Of a stretch of 53,620 nt of DNA, positions 9,582 to 19,366 are shown piece by piece. Position numbers and translations under genes: made by a program. Origin of the DNA: an uncultured Candidatus Saccharibacteria bacterium (GTDB lineage Bacteria > Patescibacteriota > Minisyncoccia > UBA6257 > Colwellbacteraceae); contig CAZFGN010000002.1 in the NCBI GenBank assembly GCA_964518695.1, positions 1 through 53,620 on the forward strand, read 5' to 3'. Position 1 is the stretch's first letter. Every line of letters starts with the position of its first letter. Below the pieces are notes generated by a model. That model saw only the letters and a list, made by a program, of their open reading frames with translations. It was not told the origin of the DNA and did no database searches.

Positions 9582-10700
9582 TTAAATATTCCTCACAACT
9601 TCATAAATCAAACCTCCAAGAAAAACTAACACAATAAAGTAACCCCAAATGCCTATCGGGCGCAACTTGCGACGCATAAGAACAACCAATACGCTCTCAA
9701 TGGCCAAGAATATTCCTCCTGCAAGGCTCATGAAACCAAGAAGGTTATCGCTACCGTAAAAATAAAGCCCGAGTGGTAATGTGAGTGCCAAACCGACCGC
9801 AGCCGTACCCGGGAAGTGAAAATCATAGACAAAAATATCTTTTGCCTCCAAGCACAGGAAAAAATAAGAATCCCAAATAGCCACAAAGCCCAATATTCCT
9901 ATTAAGCCAAGGAGCGCCGGTGGTATAAGAGCAAGGCCCGATATGCTCTCTGGGCTCACGCCGTTCGGCGAGAGCCAAAAAACCGAAATAGCAAAAATGA
10001 AGTATATTACGGCTGGAACCACCGTCCCCAAGGTAATTGCTTTGCCGATTTTCCCTTCGTCTAATTTATTCTTCCGATAATAATCCCTGACCGAGGAAAT
10101 GGCGGCTCGCCCCGAGAGCGAGAAAAGAACAACCCCGTAAGGGAGGAGTAGTTTTAGTGGTTCGCTCGATACGCTTGGTAAATTAACAGCCCCGGCCGCA
10201 CCAAGACCAAAGACAAAAAGTAGCAACACGATCCCGATGAGCGCCGGTGTTACTACGGACTCTAAAACGGCTAGCCTCTTCACGGAAAAAAAGATAACCG
10301 CGCTTCCCAGCGACCAGAAAACCAAGGCGGCAGTTGTAGCCGGAACAGTCGGGAACACTAACTTTACAAAGCTGACAGATAAAATAATGTAAATCGCAAG
10401 GGTAAATAATATCCCCATTAGAGTGGTGACTACTGATATTAACTTCGCCTCTGTCCCCAAATAAATCTCGGCGTACCCAACGAAACGATGATTGCCCTTG
10501 GTTCCGAGTATAATCTCGGCATACATTAAATGAACCGTCCCAAAAACCGCAGCGAAAAGCGTTAAATAAAAAAAGCCGGTAACAAAACCAGCCTTGGAAA
10601 AAACGTAAGGCAAGGCAAACATTCCAGCTCCTATTATTAGAGCCGCTAGAAGCCCTGCCGGCAAAGCAACCTCTTTATACCACCTCAAGAACTTCGTCAC
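9582..10700 (-). CDS. amino acid permease (aromatic/hydroxy amino acid transporter-like)
   Basis: The protein has 10-11 TM segments. The N-terminus AALIIGAGMFALPYVFSKAGF is typical of Trp/Tyr-permease-type carriers. Confidence 0.55.
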   Translation of the reverse strand: MTKFLRWYKEVALPAGLLAALIIGAGMFALPYVFSKAGFVTGFFYLTLFAAVFGTVHLMYAEIILGTKGNHRFVGYAEIYLGTEAKLISVVTTLMGILFTLAIYIILSVSFVKLVFPTVPATTAALVFWSLGSAVIFFSVKRLAVLESVVTPALIGIVLLLFVFGLGAAGAVNLPSVSSEPLKLLLPYGVVLFSLSGRAAISSVRDYYRKNKLDEGKIGKAITLGTVVPAVIYFIFAISVFWLSPNGVSPESISGLALIPPALLGLIGILGFVAIWDSYFFLCLEAKDIFVYDFHFPGTAAVGLALTLPLGLYFYGSDNLLGFMSLAGGIFLAIESVLVVLMRRKLRPIGIWGYFIVLVFLGGLIYEVVRNI

Positions 10701-10938
10701 CCTCTCTTACTTTATCGCCTACTTTAATACCGACCTCTTGGCCTTTCTTCGCCGAAACAATATCTTTATGATCAAACTGCATTGAGGTTACCTTTTGAAT
10801 AAAATCGCTTGTAGCCCCCTTAAAATGGATTTCTTCGTTAAGTTTAACCGCTTTGTTAAATTTAACTATCGCTACGCCGACACCGCTGTAGTAGTGGGTA
10901 ACAGCGCCTATGGCTTTTGATCCTTTTTTATTTGGCAT
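10675..10938 (-). CDS. small translation elongation factor-like (EF-Tu domain 2-like beta-barrel) protein
   Basis: AIGAVTHYYSGVGVAIVKF...IHFKGATSDFIQKVTSMQFDHKDIVSAKKGQEVGIKV...REGDEV matches the conserved ~85-aa family found in CPR bacteria and archaea. Confidence 0.6.
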   Translation of the reverse strand: MPNKKGSKAIGAVTHYYSGVGVAIVKFNKAVKLNEEIHFKGATSDFIQKVTSMQFDHKDIVSAKKGQEVGIKVGDKVREGDEVLEVV

Positions 10939-10977
10939 GAGAAGACATATTTGCTTGCGACCTTTATTTATAAAAAC

Positions 10978-11562
10978 CTAAAGATAGTGGTTGTTGTTTT
11001 TCTTTTCTCGCTCTATAGCCTTAACTAAATTATCAAGAAGAGTTTTTGGGTCTTTGGCATAGACTATCTTGTCCTTTCTCTCTTCCGCCCTATGAGATCT
11101 TTCGATAAGGCTCCTTAAAATCTCGTCAGTTTCCCACGAACCTTCTAAAATCCCGATGGGCTTCCCGTCTTCAAACGCTATAGTAAATTCATTTAATGTA
11201 CCCATTCTACCGCACCCAATAATAACGGCGTCGGCAGCGCGCGTGAGTAACAAATTTCTACCAGAGTAATTAAAACCAGTGTAGACAATAATATCGTGGT
11301 AGTCCGTTGGTAATTTATAAACACCGATATGCTCCTTTTCGCTTACAGCCGGAGAAAAACCAACCACAATGCCACCTTCCTCCTTAGCGCCTTTAGCAGC
11401 CCAGAAAGGGAAGCCAGTAGTGGCTCCTTCCACAAGCACACAGTCATGGCGAACTATCTCTCTGCCCAACTCCTCCGCTATGGCGAAGGCATCGGGACCG
11501 CAATGGGGGGTCTCCGCCGCTCCCGACACGCAGATTTTATACCTTGGCTTAATATCCATCAA
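10978..11562 (-). CDS. TIGR00725/LOG-like (SLOG) Rossmann-fold protein
   Basis: KICVSGAAETPHCG...ELGREIVRHDCVLVEGATTG...GGIVVGFSP...GCGRMGTLNEF follows the TIGR00725/lysine-decarboxylase-like pattern. Confidence 0.65.
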   Translation of the reverse strand: MMDIKPRYKICVSGAAETPHCGPDAFAIAEELGREIVRHDCVLVEGATTGFPFWAAKGAKEEGGIVVGFSPAVSEKEHIGVYKLPTDYHDIIVYTGFNYSGRNLLLTRAADAVIIGCGRMGTLNEFTIAFEDGKPIGILEGSWETDEILRSLIERSHRAEERKDKIVYAKDPKTLLDNLVKAIEREKKNNNHYL

Positions 11563-11564
11563 AT

Positions 11565-12917
11565 TTAGTCTAGCACAACCCCCTCTCCTTCTGAAGGAAC
11601 GGAGGTCTCGATCGCCAAACGATCCCTTATCAGAGATGCAAATGTATCGCTTGCACCCAAGTCTCCTTGCACAACAAAAACTTTCTTAAGCGTAGTTCGC
11701 ATCGGCATTAACCACTCTAAAAGCCCTGCTTGATCCGCGTGAGCTGAATACCCGGAAATTTGAGCCACTTTACACCTTATCGGCACTTCTTCCCCTAAGA
11801 TTTTAACGGATTTCGCGCCCTCTAATATCCTCCTACCCAACGAACCGGCCGTCTGATAACCAACAAAGAGTATCGTGCTCTTTGGATCTCTTAAATATTC
11901 CTTCTCGTGGAATAAAATCCTGCCGCCCTGCGACATACCCGAGCCGGCAATAATTACCTTGGGAGAAGGGACGTTTTTTATGGCTTGAGAATCCTCTTTG
12001 GTATAAGAAACTGTGAGCCCCGGGAAACTAAAAAGCGATTTGTCTTTCCCAACCATCCTCCCTGCCTCATCATTAAAATAGCGTTCGTGCCACTTGTACA
12101 CGGCAGTAAGTTTTATCGCTAGCGAACAATCTACAAAAACCGGCACCCGCGGAATGCGGCCATTTTCAACCAACTCATTTAACTGATAAAGAAGGGCTTG
12201 GACGCGCTCCATGGCGAAAGCAGGGATCATAAGTACCCCACCAGCCTTAACGGCACTCTCTATTACATCTTCTAAGATCTCTTCTCTTCTATCAAAGTCG
12301 TCATGTAGCCTGTCTCCGTAAGCGGACTCGATAAGACAATAGTCAGCTCTAATATTCATCGGCTCCCATTCCTTTATAAGCGGTGGTTTGCGGTTGCCGA
12401 TATCACCAGAGAAAACAATTGTTTTGTTTTCGGCTTCTATAATATAAGAGCTCGAACCCAAAATATGGCCAGAGTTCATCGGGGTCACTTTAAATGGACC
12501 TATATTAAACAGCTTGCCATACTCTATTCCTTCCCACAATTTCATCACACCTTCAACGTCTTGGGTGGTATAAAGCGGTCTTATATTTTCTCTTTCGGAC
12601 TCTCTGCGTAGAATATCTTCCGAGTCTAAAAGCAACTCTCTTGCGAAATCCTTTGTAGGCGCAGTTGAATAAACCGTTCCCCTAAAACCATCTCTATAAA
12701 GCTTGGGCAATCGCCCAGTATGATCTATGTGGGCATGCGTTACGAGAACCGCTTTTATTTCTCTTGGATCGTACTGAAAATCGTCAAAATTCTTTCGTTC
12801 GCAGTAATGACTACCCTGATTCAAACCGCAATCTATTATAATCTTCTCGCCTTGCGACTCTAATAAATAGTTAGCTCCCGTCACCATCTTTGCACCTCCA
12901 AAAAAAGTTAACTTCAT
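11565..12917 (-). CDS. MBL-fold beta-CASP RNA-metabolising hydrolase (RNase J/CPSF-like)
   Basis: The HxHxDH motif is present (VTHAHIDHTG). Length and the C-terminal SGYSAHAD segment fit beta-CASP proteins. Confidence 0.75.
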   Translation of the reverse strand: MKLTFFGGAKMVTGANYLLESQGEKIIIDCGLNQGSHYCERKNFDDFQYDPREIKAVLVTHAHIDHTGRLPKLYRDGFRGTVYSTAPTKDFARELLLDSEDILRRESERENIRPLYTTQDVEGVMKLWEGIEYGKLFNIGPFKVTPMNSGHILGSSSYIIEAENKTIVFSGDIGNRKPPLIKEWEPMNIRADYCLIESAYGDRLHDDFDRREEILEDVIESAVKAGGVLMIPAFAMERVQALLYQLNELVENGRIPRVPVFVDCSLAIKLTAVYKWHERYFNDEAGRMVGKDKSLFSFPGLTVSYTKEDSQAIKNVPSPKVIIAGSGMSQGGRILFHEKEYLRDPKSTILFVGYQTAGSLGRRILEGAKSVKILGEEVPIRCKVAQISGYSAHADQAGLLEWLMPMRTTLKKVFVVQGDLGASDTFASLIRDRLAIETSVPSEGEGVVLD

Positions 12918-12942
12918 ATTTTGTTTTTTAACATGCTTGGAA

Positions 12943-14157
12943 TTATAACTTCTTCAACTCTTCTCTTACAGTGCGGCGATCGTCCCAAGCAGTCCTAGAG
13001 CCTTGCGGACCCATAATCCAAGGCTCCGCCCCTTTGCCGGTTACAACAACTACGTCCCCATTCTCTGCCGATCTTAGAGCTTCGCGGATAGCCTCGCGTC
13101 TGTCCAAGATTTTAACAAAACCGTGTCCGCGAGTCACCTCATTCATTATCTCCATCGGGTCTTCATCATACGGATCTTCATTTGTCACAATAACCTTTCT
13201 GCAAAACTCCGCGGCTACATCCCCCAATATTGGCCTTTTATACTTATCCCTACCTCCGCCCGTGGCACCAATCACGCAAACCAAATTTTTAGTTCTCCCT
13301 GCCTGCCGACTTATAGCTAATGTTTCGTAAACCTTCTTTAAAGTTTGCGGTAAAAAGGCATAATCAACCAACACCCTGAAATCTTTTCGTGCGCCAGCCG
13401 GCAAATCTATAAACTCCATCCTGCCCGGCAGGACTTTTACGTCCGTAAGAGCGGCTCTAGCAACTGCAAGCGATATGCCCTCGAGCTTAGCAAAAGCTAG
13501 AGCGGCCACGGCATTCATTTTGTTGAAATCTCCGCTCAAATTAATTTTTAAATCTAGCGGATAATCGCTAGCCTTAAAAACGGTTTTTCTTTCTGCCGGA
13601 ATATTATTAAAGAAAAGGATGCTCTCGTCATCGCCGTTTAACACATGAATTGGAGCAATTTCAAAAAGCTTAGCCTTCGCCAGCCTGTAATTTTCAAAAC
13701 CGCCGTGAGATTCTATGTGTTCAGGAGAAAGATTGGTGAGGATGGCGGCATAGAATTTTATAAACTTGTGCCGAAATTGCGCAATTCCCTCCGAGGTAAC
13801 TTCTAAAAACACATACTCCACTCCCGCGCGCTTGGCATCGCTCAAAAAATCCTGAACACGGAACCTGCCAGGCATAGTCATCTTAAGCATATTCGGCTCC
13901 TCTTCATTCAATACCTTGAAACGCAAACTCGACAAAGAAGCGGTCTTGTAGCCGGCTTTGCTAAAAATAGCGTGAAGGAATTCAACGGTCGTCGTCTTCC
14001 CGCTAGTGCCGGTAATCCCTATTACCTTCATTGTTTGCGAAGGAAAACCAAACCTTAAAGCCGCGGCAAAAGCCAAAAGCCAGTGATAAGACGGGGAAAG
14101 AAATTTAAAAACTCGTTTAGGTATAAATCTTTTTACAGTGATTAACGCCTTATCCAT
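12943..14157 (-). CDS. Mur ligase family protein (short, MurE-like)
   Basis: The P-loop GITGTSGKTTT lies only about 45 aa from the N-terminus. The Mur middle and C-terminal domain patterns follow (NLSPEHIESHG, DYAFLP, TNEDP). Confidence 0.65.
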   Translation of the reverse strand: MDKALITVKRFIPKRVFKFLSPSYHWLLAFAAALRFGFPSQTMKVIGITGTSGKTTTVEFLHAIFSKAGYKTASLSSLRFKVLNEEEPNMLKMTMPGRFRVQDFLSDAKRAGVEYVFLEVTSEGIAQFRHKFIKFYAAILTNLSPEHIESHGGFENYRLAKAKLFEIAPIHVLNGDDESILFFNNIPAERKTVFKASDYPLDLKINLSGDFNKMNAVAALAFAKLEGISLAVARAALTDVKVLPGRMEFIDLPAGARKDFRVLVDYAFLPQTLKKVYETLAISRQAGRTKNLVCVIGATGGGRDKYKRPILGDVAAEFCRKVIVTNEDPYDEDPMEIMNEVTRGHGFVKILDRREAIREALRSAENGDVVVVTGKGAEPWIMGPQGSRTAWDDRRTVREELKKL

Positions 14158-14159
14158 AA

Positions 14160-14741
14160 TTATTCTTTTATTTTCTGCAAAGCGTCTCGCAGTCGCGCGT
14201 CTACTCCCTTCACGTTTGGATCCACTTTGGCGATAGTGTTTTTCGCCTGCCGAGACGAATAACCTAGACTTATGAGCGCTTCGTAAACATCTGAATCTGA
14301 TTCCATAAGACGCAGCGTTTCCTCTCCTTCTTTTTCATCAACTTTGATTTTATCTTTTAATTCAACCACTATGCGCTCTGCGGTTCTTTTGCCAATACCG
14401 TAAGACTTCTGAAGAATTTCTTTTTCTCCTCTCGTAATTGCCGCGGCCAAATGCTCTACCGGTGCCAAACTTAAAATACCCAAGGCCGATTTCGGACCTA
14501 TTCCGGATATAGAAATCAAAGCCTCGAAAAGGCGGATCTCTTTCTCGTGAAGAAACCCATAAAGACTCATACTATCTTCCTTCACCTGGAAATGAGTAAG
14601 GAGACTCGTTTCAACTCCAACTTCAGGCAACTTGTCATAAGTCCCGGAAGAAACGAGCACCTTGAGGCCCAGTCCGTGGACATCCACCACTACATAGCCG
14701 ATTTTCTTCTCTTGTATTTTGCCCTGTACCGAATGAATCAT
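14160..14741 (-). CDS. ruvA: Holliday junction DNA helicase subunit RuvA
   Basis: MIHSVQGKIQEK...YVVVDVHGLGLKV...LISISGIGPKSALGIL...GIGKRTAERIV. The internal ATG at 14741 fits the canonical RuvA N-terminus better than the track start at 14783. Confidence 0.85.
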   Translation of the reverse strand: MIHSVQGKIQEKKIGYVVVDVHGLGLKVLVSSGTYDKLPEVGVETSLLTHFQVKEDSMSLYGFLHEKEIRLFEALISISGIGPKSALGILSLAPVEHLAAAITRGEKEILQKSYGIGKRTAERIVVELKDKIKVDEKEGEETLRLMESDSDVYEALISLGYSSRQAKNTIAKVDPNVKGVDARLRDALQKIKE

Positions 14742-14823
14742 ATTCATTAGTATACACCTAGCGCCTCTTATAGTAATTTCCAATTTGTTTGACTTTTATC
14801 TCTCGAGTTATTAAGATTGGGCT

Positions 14824-15165
14824 ATGATTTCGAAAAAAGATTTGGCTAAGTTAGAATCTATTCTCGAACAAGAGAAAAAGACTATAGAAAAAGAAATCGG
14901 AGACCTTGGGGTGAATGATATGGGGAGCGATACCGATCACGGCGAAGAGGAAGCTGACGAAACGGAAGAGGTTGTTACTCATCAAGGGATGATCTCTCCT
15001 TTAAAAGAGAGATTGAACGACGTGAATCTTGCCTTAGACAAAATCGGCGCGAATGCCTACGGTGTTTGCGAAGATTGCGGCGAAGAGATTTCGTTGGATC
15101 TTCTTAAAGCGGATCCGGAATCTCGTCTTTGTAAAAAATGCAAGCTTAAGCAAAAGAAGGGATAA
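14824..15165 (+). CDS. TraR/DksA-family C4 zinc-finger protein
   Basis: An acidic coiled region is followed by CEDCGEEI...LCKKCK. Confidence 0.75.
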   Translation: MISKKDLAKLESILEQEKKTIEKEIGDLGVNDMGSDTDHGEEEADETEEVVTHQGMISPLKERLNDVNLALDKIGANAYGVCEDCGEEISLDLLKADPESRLCKKCKLKQKKG

Positions 15166-15173
15166 TAGAAGTA

Positions 15174-16697
15174 ATGCGACTTGCTAAGGTTTACTCCGCT
15201 GAATTAGAAGGAGTTAAGGCTAAATTAATAGAAGTGGAGGTCGACCTGAATGTCGGCCTCCATAGTTTTAACATTGTAGGTTTAGCCGACAAAGCACTTT
15301 CCGAGGCCAAAGAGAGGGTCGGCTCCGCCATAAAGAATGCCGGCTTTAAGCCGCCGACTAAAGAAAATAGGAAAATAACCGTAAACTTAGCCCCGGCGGA
15401 CGTGAAAAAGACCGGTTCGCAATATGATTTGGCTATTGCCGTAGGATATCTTTTGGCCACCGGTCAAATTAAAGAATTCGATTCGACTAATAAGTTATTC
15501 CTGGGAGAACTATCTTTAAACGGCGACTTAAGGCCAATGGCTGGCGCCTTAAATTTCGCCACTCTAGCCAAAAAAATCGGTATCAAAGAAATTTTTCTTC
15601 CAGAAGCTAACGCAGGCGAAGCTGGCTTGGTAGAGGGCATTGCTGTTTTCCCAATACCTTCCTTGAGCCAACTCATAAACCACTTAGAAGAAACTAAATT
15701 TGTTGCCTCTTCTCCCAAAACGAAATTCTTGCCGAAGGAAGATAATGATTTCAATATCGATGACGTAAAGGGACAAGAAGCCGCTAAACGCGCGCTTACT
15801 ATTGCAGCCGCCGGCGGTCACAATATCCTGATGAGCGGTCCGCCTGGATCCGGCAAAACTATGCTCGCTAAAGCGCTCACATCAATTCTCCCGCCACTCT
15901 CTCTTGAAGAGTCAATTGAAGTTTCTGAAATATGGAGTGCCGTAGGCCTTTTACAAGGATCGCACCTTGTGACGCGTCCCTTCAGATCACCACACCAAAC
16001 CGCTTCCCCGGTATCAATAGTTGGCGGTGGTCCGAATCCCAGGCCGGGAGAAATAAGCCTAGCTCACCGCGGCATACTTTTCTTAGACGAACTGCCAGAG
16101 TTTAGAAGAGACCTATTAGAGGCTTTAAGACAACCTCTTGAGTCCGGCGAAATGGCCGTCTCCCGCATTAAGGTGAGTTTAATTTTCCCAGCTAGATTTA
16201 CGCTTGTTGCCGCCATGAACCCCTGTCCATGCGGTTACTACGGAGACCCAGAAAAAGAATGTAGCTGCAGCGCCTATGAAGTTTTCAAATACCAGAAGAA
16301 AATTTCAGGGCCATTGCTTGATAGGATAGATATTCAAATAAATGTGCCGCGCGTGAAATTTGAAAATCTAAAAGATAGGAATAGCTCAAGAGCTATAATA
16401 TCCTTTAAAGACTTAGTGCAAAGTGCGAGAGAAATGCAAAAAGAAAGGTTTGGTCAAAATAAGCTAGACATATTAACTAACTCCGAAATGTCGTCTAAGG
16501 ATTGTGAAAAACTAATAAATTTAACAAGAGAAGCCAATGATTTCTTAAAAGAGGTTTTTGATAAAACACTCCTATCAACTCGCGGCTACTACCGCATACT
16601 TAAAACCGCCCGCACAATTGCCGATTTGGAAGAGAACGAAAGAGTAGAGGCTAATCATGTTGCTGAAGCTTTTCAGCTAAGAGTAAGGGAGAAATAA
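15174..16697 (+). CDS. comM: YifB/ComM-family Mg-chelatase-like AAA+ ATPase
   Basis: GPPGSGKTMLAKAL, GILFLDELPEF and a CPCGYYGDPEKECSCS zinc module are present. Confidence 0.85.
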   Translation: MRLAKVYSAELEGVKAKLIEVEVDLNVGLHSFNIVGLADKALSEAKERVGSAIKNAGFKPPTKENRKITVNLAPADVKKTGSQYDLAIAVGYLLATGQIKEFDSTNKLFLGELSLNGDLRPMAGALNFATLAKKIGIKEIFLPEANAGEAGLVEGIAVFPIPSLSQLINHLEETKFVASSPKTKFLPKEDNDFNIDDVKGQEAAKRALTIAAAGGHNILMSGPPGSGKTMLAKALTSILPPLSLEESIEVSEIWSAVGLLQGSHLVTRPFRSPHQTASPVSIVGGGPNPRPGEISLAHRGILFLDELPEFRRDLLEALRQPLESGEMAVSRIKVSLIFPARFTLVAAMNPCPCGYYGDPEKECSCSAYEVFKYQKKISGPLLDRIDIQINVPRVKFENLKDRNSSRAIISFKDLVQSAREMQKERFGQNKLDILTNSEMSSKDCEKLINLTREANDFLKEVFDKTLLSTRGYYRILKTARTIADLEENERVEANHVAEAFQLRVREK

Positions 16698-16704
16698 ATA
16701 CTAC

Positions 16705-18480
16705 TTGCCTATTAGCTCTATGGATGAGTCGGTAAAAAATAAACCTGCCCTTAGCCCGCAACAAGGAGAGGCAGTCCGTTACGGCAAAGGACCACTTCTA
16801 ATTTCCGCGGGCGCCGGGAGCGGAAAAACAAGAACATTGACAGAGAGGCTAATCAAATTGATAGATGATGGGGTCAGCCCAGAAAAAATTATAGCCATTA
16901 CCTTTACTAATAAAGCCGCTAACGAAATTAAGGACCGGGTCAGATCAGGGCTTAAAAACTTGGTGGACCTTCCATTTCTAGGCACTTTTCATTCTTTCGG
17001 GGCAAAAATATTAAGAAATGAGGGGCAACTATTAAGTAGAGATAAGAATTATGTAATTTTTGACAATAGTGACTCTTTACGCCTCATTAAAAAAATCATT
17101 AAGGATCTAGAATTGTCCGAGACAAAATATCCCGCCCCCAAAACGCAGAAACAGGTATCTTCGATAAAAGATGAGTTGGTAAACTCCGATGAACTCGAAG
17201 AACCGATGAAAACTATTTTTGAAACTTACGAGGACAAACTTAAAACGCAAAACGCCTTTGACTTCGACGACTTGATAGAAAAAGTTGTGAGGATTATGCA
17301 AAAAAATCGAGAAGTTCTAGAAAAATATCAGAATAAGTTTGATTACATACTTATAGACGAATTCCAGGACATAAACAGCAGTCAATACGCTTTAGTAAAA
17401 TTATTGGCTGACGTTCACCGCAACTTGAACGTCGTGGGGGACGACAATCAGTCCATATATGGTTTCCGAGGAGCTGATTTTAGAAACTTTTTGAATTTTG
17501 AAAAAGATTGGCCGGAGGCTAAAATCGTGCACCTCGGAGAAAACTACCGATCAACGAGAAATATAGTAGAAGCTTCCGCGCAAGTAGTGAAAAATAATAA
17601 ACTTCAAAGACCCAAAAACCTTTCTACTCCTAACGACGAAGGCGAGTTAATAAAAGTCTTGGCCACCGAGAACTCTGATGACGAAGCTTTTCAGATAGTA
17701 AATGACATTTTGGATCTTTCCCAAAAAACTTATGCCGCTATACTTTACAGAACCAATGCACAATCTCGCCCTTTAGAGCAAACACTCAACTTTAATTCCA
17801 TTCCCTATGAAATATTCGGCGGATTAAAGTTTTATGAACGGAAGGAAATCAAGGATATTATAGCGGGCCTGCGATACGGACTTAATCCCAGAGATGAAAT
17901 GAGTTCGGAGCGTCTTATAAAAACTTTTAGAAAGGCGGAGGCCAAAGAACTAAGAGAACGTCTGCCGGAGCTTGCTAAAAATCTGCCGCCTATAGAAATC
18001 ATAGGGTTCTTTATGAAAACGACTAATTATAAAAATCATTTGAAATCTAAGTTTGATAATTCAGAAGAGAGAATGGAAAACATTATTGAATTAATTAATT
18101 TCGCCGGTAATTTCCCTTCTCTCCAAGAGTTCATTGAGAGGGTCTCTTTATTACAAGCAACCGACGATATTAAATCGCCTAAAGTTTCCCCAAGAGTAAA
18201 ACTTATGACCATCCATCTCTCAAAAGGTTTAGAATTTGATAACGTCTACATTGCTGGCGCAAACGAAGGCGTTTTGCCTCACCAAAGATCATTGTTGTCT
18301 AGTTCTGATGTAGAAGAAGAGAGACGGCTCATGTATGTCGCTATGACTCGAGCTCGCAAGAAACTTACCTTGAGTTTTTACGGCCCCGCTTCCCGTTTCT
18401 TATACGAAATACCCCCGGAGCTTATTAACTTCTCAAGCCCTATGAATTGGAAAGATGAAGACGAAATCCACCTAATCTAG
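16705..18480 (+). CDS. UvrD/PcrA/Rep-family SF1 DNA helicase (compact, 591 aa)
   Basis: GAGSGKTRTL, ILIDEFQD, NYRS, MTIHLSKGLEFD and YVAMTRARKKL are present. The track start is TTG, with an ATG 15 nt downstream. Confidence 0.85.
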   Translation: MPISSMDESVKNKPALSPQQGEAVRYGKGPLLISAGAGSGKTRTLTERLIKLIDDGVSPEKIIAITFTNKAANEIKDRVRSGLKNLVDLPFLGTFHSFGAKILRNEGQLLSRDKNYVIFDNSDSLRLIKKIIKDLELSETKYPAPKTQKQVSSIKDELVNSDELEEPMKTIFETYEDKLKTQNAFDFDDLIEKVVRIMQKNREVLEKYQNKFDYILIDEFQDINSSQYALVKLLADVHRNLNVVGDDNQSIYGFRGADFRNFLNFEKDWPEAKIVHLGENYRSTRNIVEASAQVVKNNKLQRPKNLSTPNDEGELIKVLATENSDDEAFQIVNDILDLSQKTYAAILYRTNAQSRPLEQTLNFNSIPYEIFGGLKFYERKEIKDIIAGLRYGLNPRDEMSSERLIKTFRKAEAKELRERLPELAKNLPPIEIIGFFMKTTNYKNHLKSKFDNSEERMENIIELINFAGNFPSLQEFIERVSLLQATDDIKSPKVSPRVKLMTIHLSKGLEFDNVYIAGANEGVLPHQRSLLSSSDVEEERRLMYVAMTRARKKLTLSFYGPASRFLYEIPPELINFSSPMNWKDEDEIHLI

Positions 18481-18522
18481 GAAGTATACTATAAACCCGA
18501 TCGGATATATAGTATACTTTGG

Positions 18523-19350
18523 GTGAATGTCAAAAATAGTTATCAAATAATCATGAGGGGTAGATTAGGACAACATTTTTTGCACGACGAGGATGCCTTG
18601 CGGAAAATTGCCGATGCCCTAGAAATTAAATCAAATGATATAATTGTGGAAATCGGCCCCGGGCACGGGGAGTTGACTAAGTATTTAGCTGAAGCTGAAC
18701 CAGGAAAAATTATAGCGATTGAGAAAGATAAAAAGTTAGCCTATAAGCTACAACAAAGTATAAAGAATACAGTATACAGTAAAACTTTAGAGGTTATTGA
18801 AGGCGATGTTTTAAAAATTATCCCGTTGCTCCATACTAAATACTCTATACTAAATACTTCCTACAAAATCGTAGGCAACATTCCCTACTACATCACTGGC
18901 TACTTGTTGCGAATCTTAGGAAAACTAGAAAACAAACCGTCTTTGATTGTTTTCACGATGCAAAAAGAAGTGGCCGAAAGAATCTGCGCCAAACCGCCCA
19001 AGATGAATCTTCTGGCGGCGAGCGTTCAATTCTGGGCCAAACCGGAAATCGTTGGTTTTATTAGTAAAAAGTCGTTTAGTCCAGCGCCGGAGGTAGATAG
19101 CGCGATAATAAAAATAGTTCCAAAAACAATTAAGAAGGGCCTTGAGAAACAATATTACCAGTTAATAAAAATCCTTTTTAAGCAACCTAGAAAAATGATA
19201 CTAAACAATTTATCTGCCGAAATAAAAATTTCCAAGGAAGAGATCACAAAAAAACTCACCCGACAAGGCATCAAACCAAACACGAGGCCACAAAACCTTA
19301 CAATGCAAGATTTGACAACTCTTAGTAATGTATTTAGCGACAAAAAGTGA
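18523..19350 (+). CDS. rsmA: 16S rRNA (adenine1518/1519-N6)-dimethyltransferase
   Basis: GQHFL, VEIGPGHGELT and GNIPYYIT are present. The start may instead be the ATG at 18553. Confidence 0.85.
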   Translation: MNVKNSYQIIMRGRLGQHFLHDEDALRKIADALEIKSNDIIVEIGPGHGELTKYLAEAEPGKIIAIEKDKKLAYKLQQSIKNTVYSKTLEVIEGDVLKIIPLLHTKYSILNTSYKIVGNIPYYITGYLLRILGKLENKPSLIVFTMQKEVAERICAKPPKMNLLAASVQFWAKPEIVGFISKKSFSPAPEVDSAIIKIVPKTIKKGLEKQYYQLIKILFKQPRKMILNNLSAEIKISKEEITKKLTRQGIKPNTRPQNLTMQDLTTLSNVFSDKK

Positions 19351-19366
19351 TATTATTTAGTAAATA

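Noticed and set aside
11329-11689. Plus-strand ORFs 11329-11568 and 11369-11689 spanning the junction of two minus-strand genes.
   Set aside because: They are antisense to the TIGR00725-like and beta-CASP genes. Their composition is Ser/Pro/Ala-rich with no motif.
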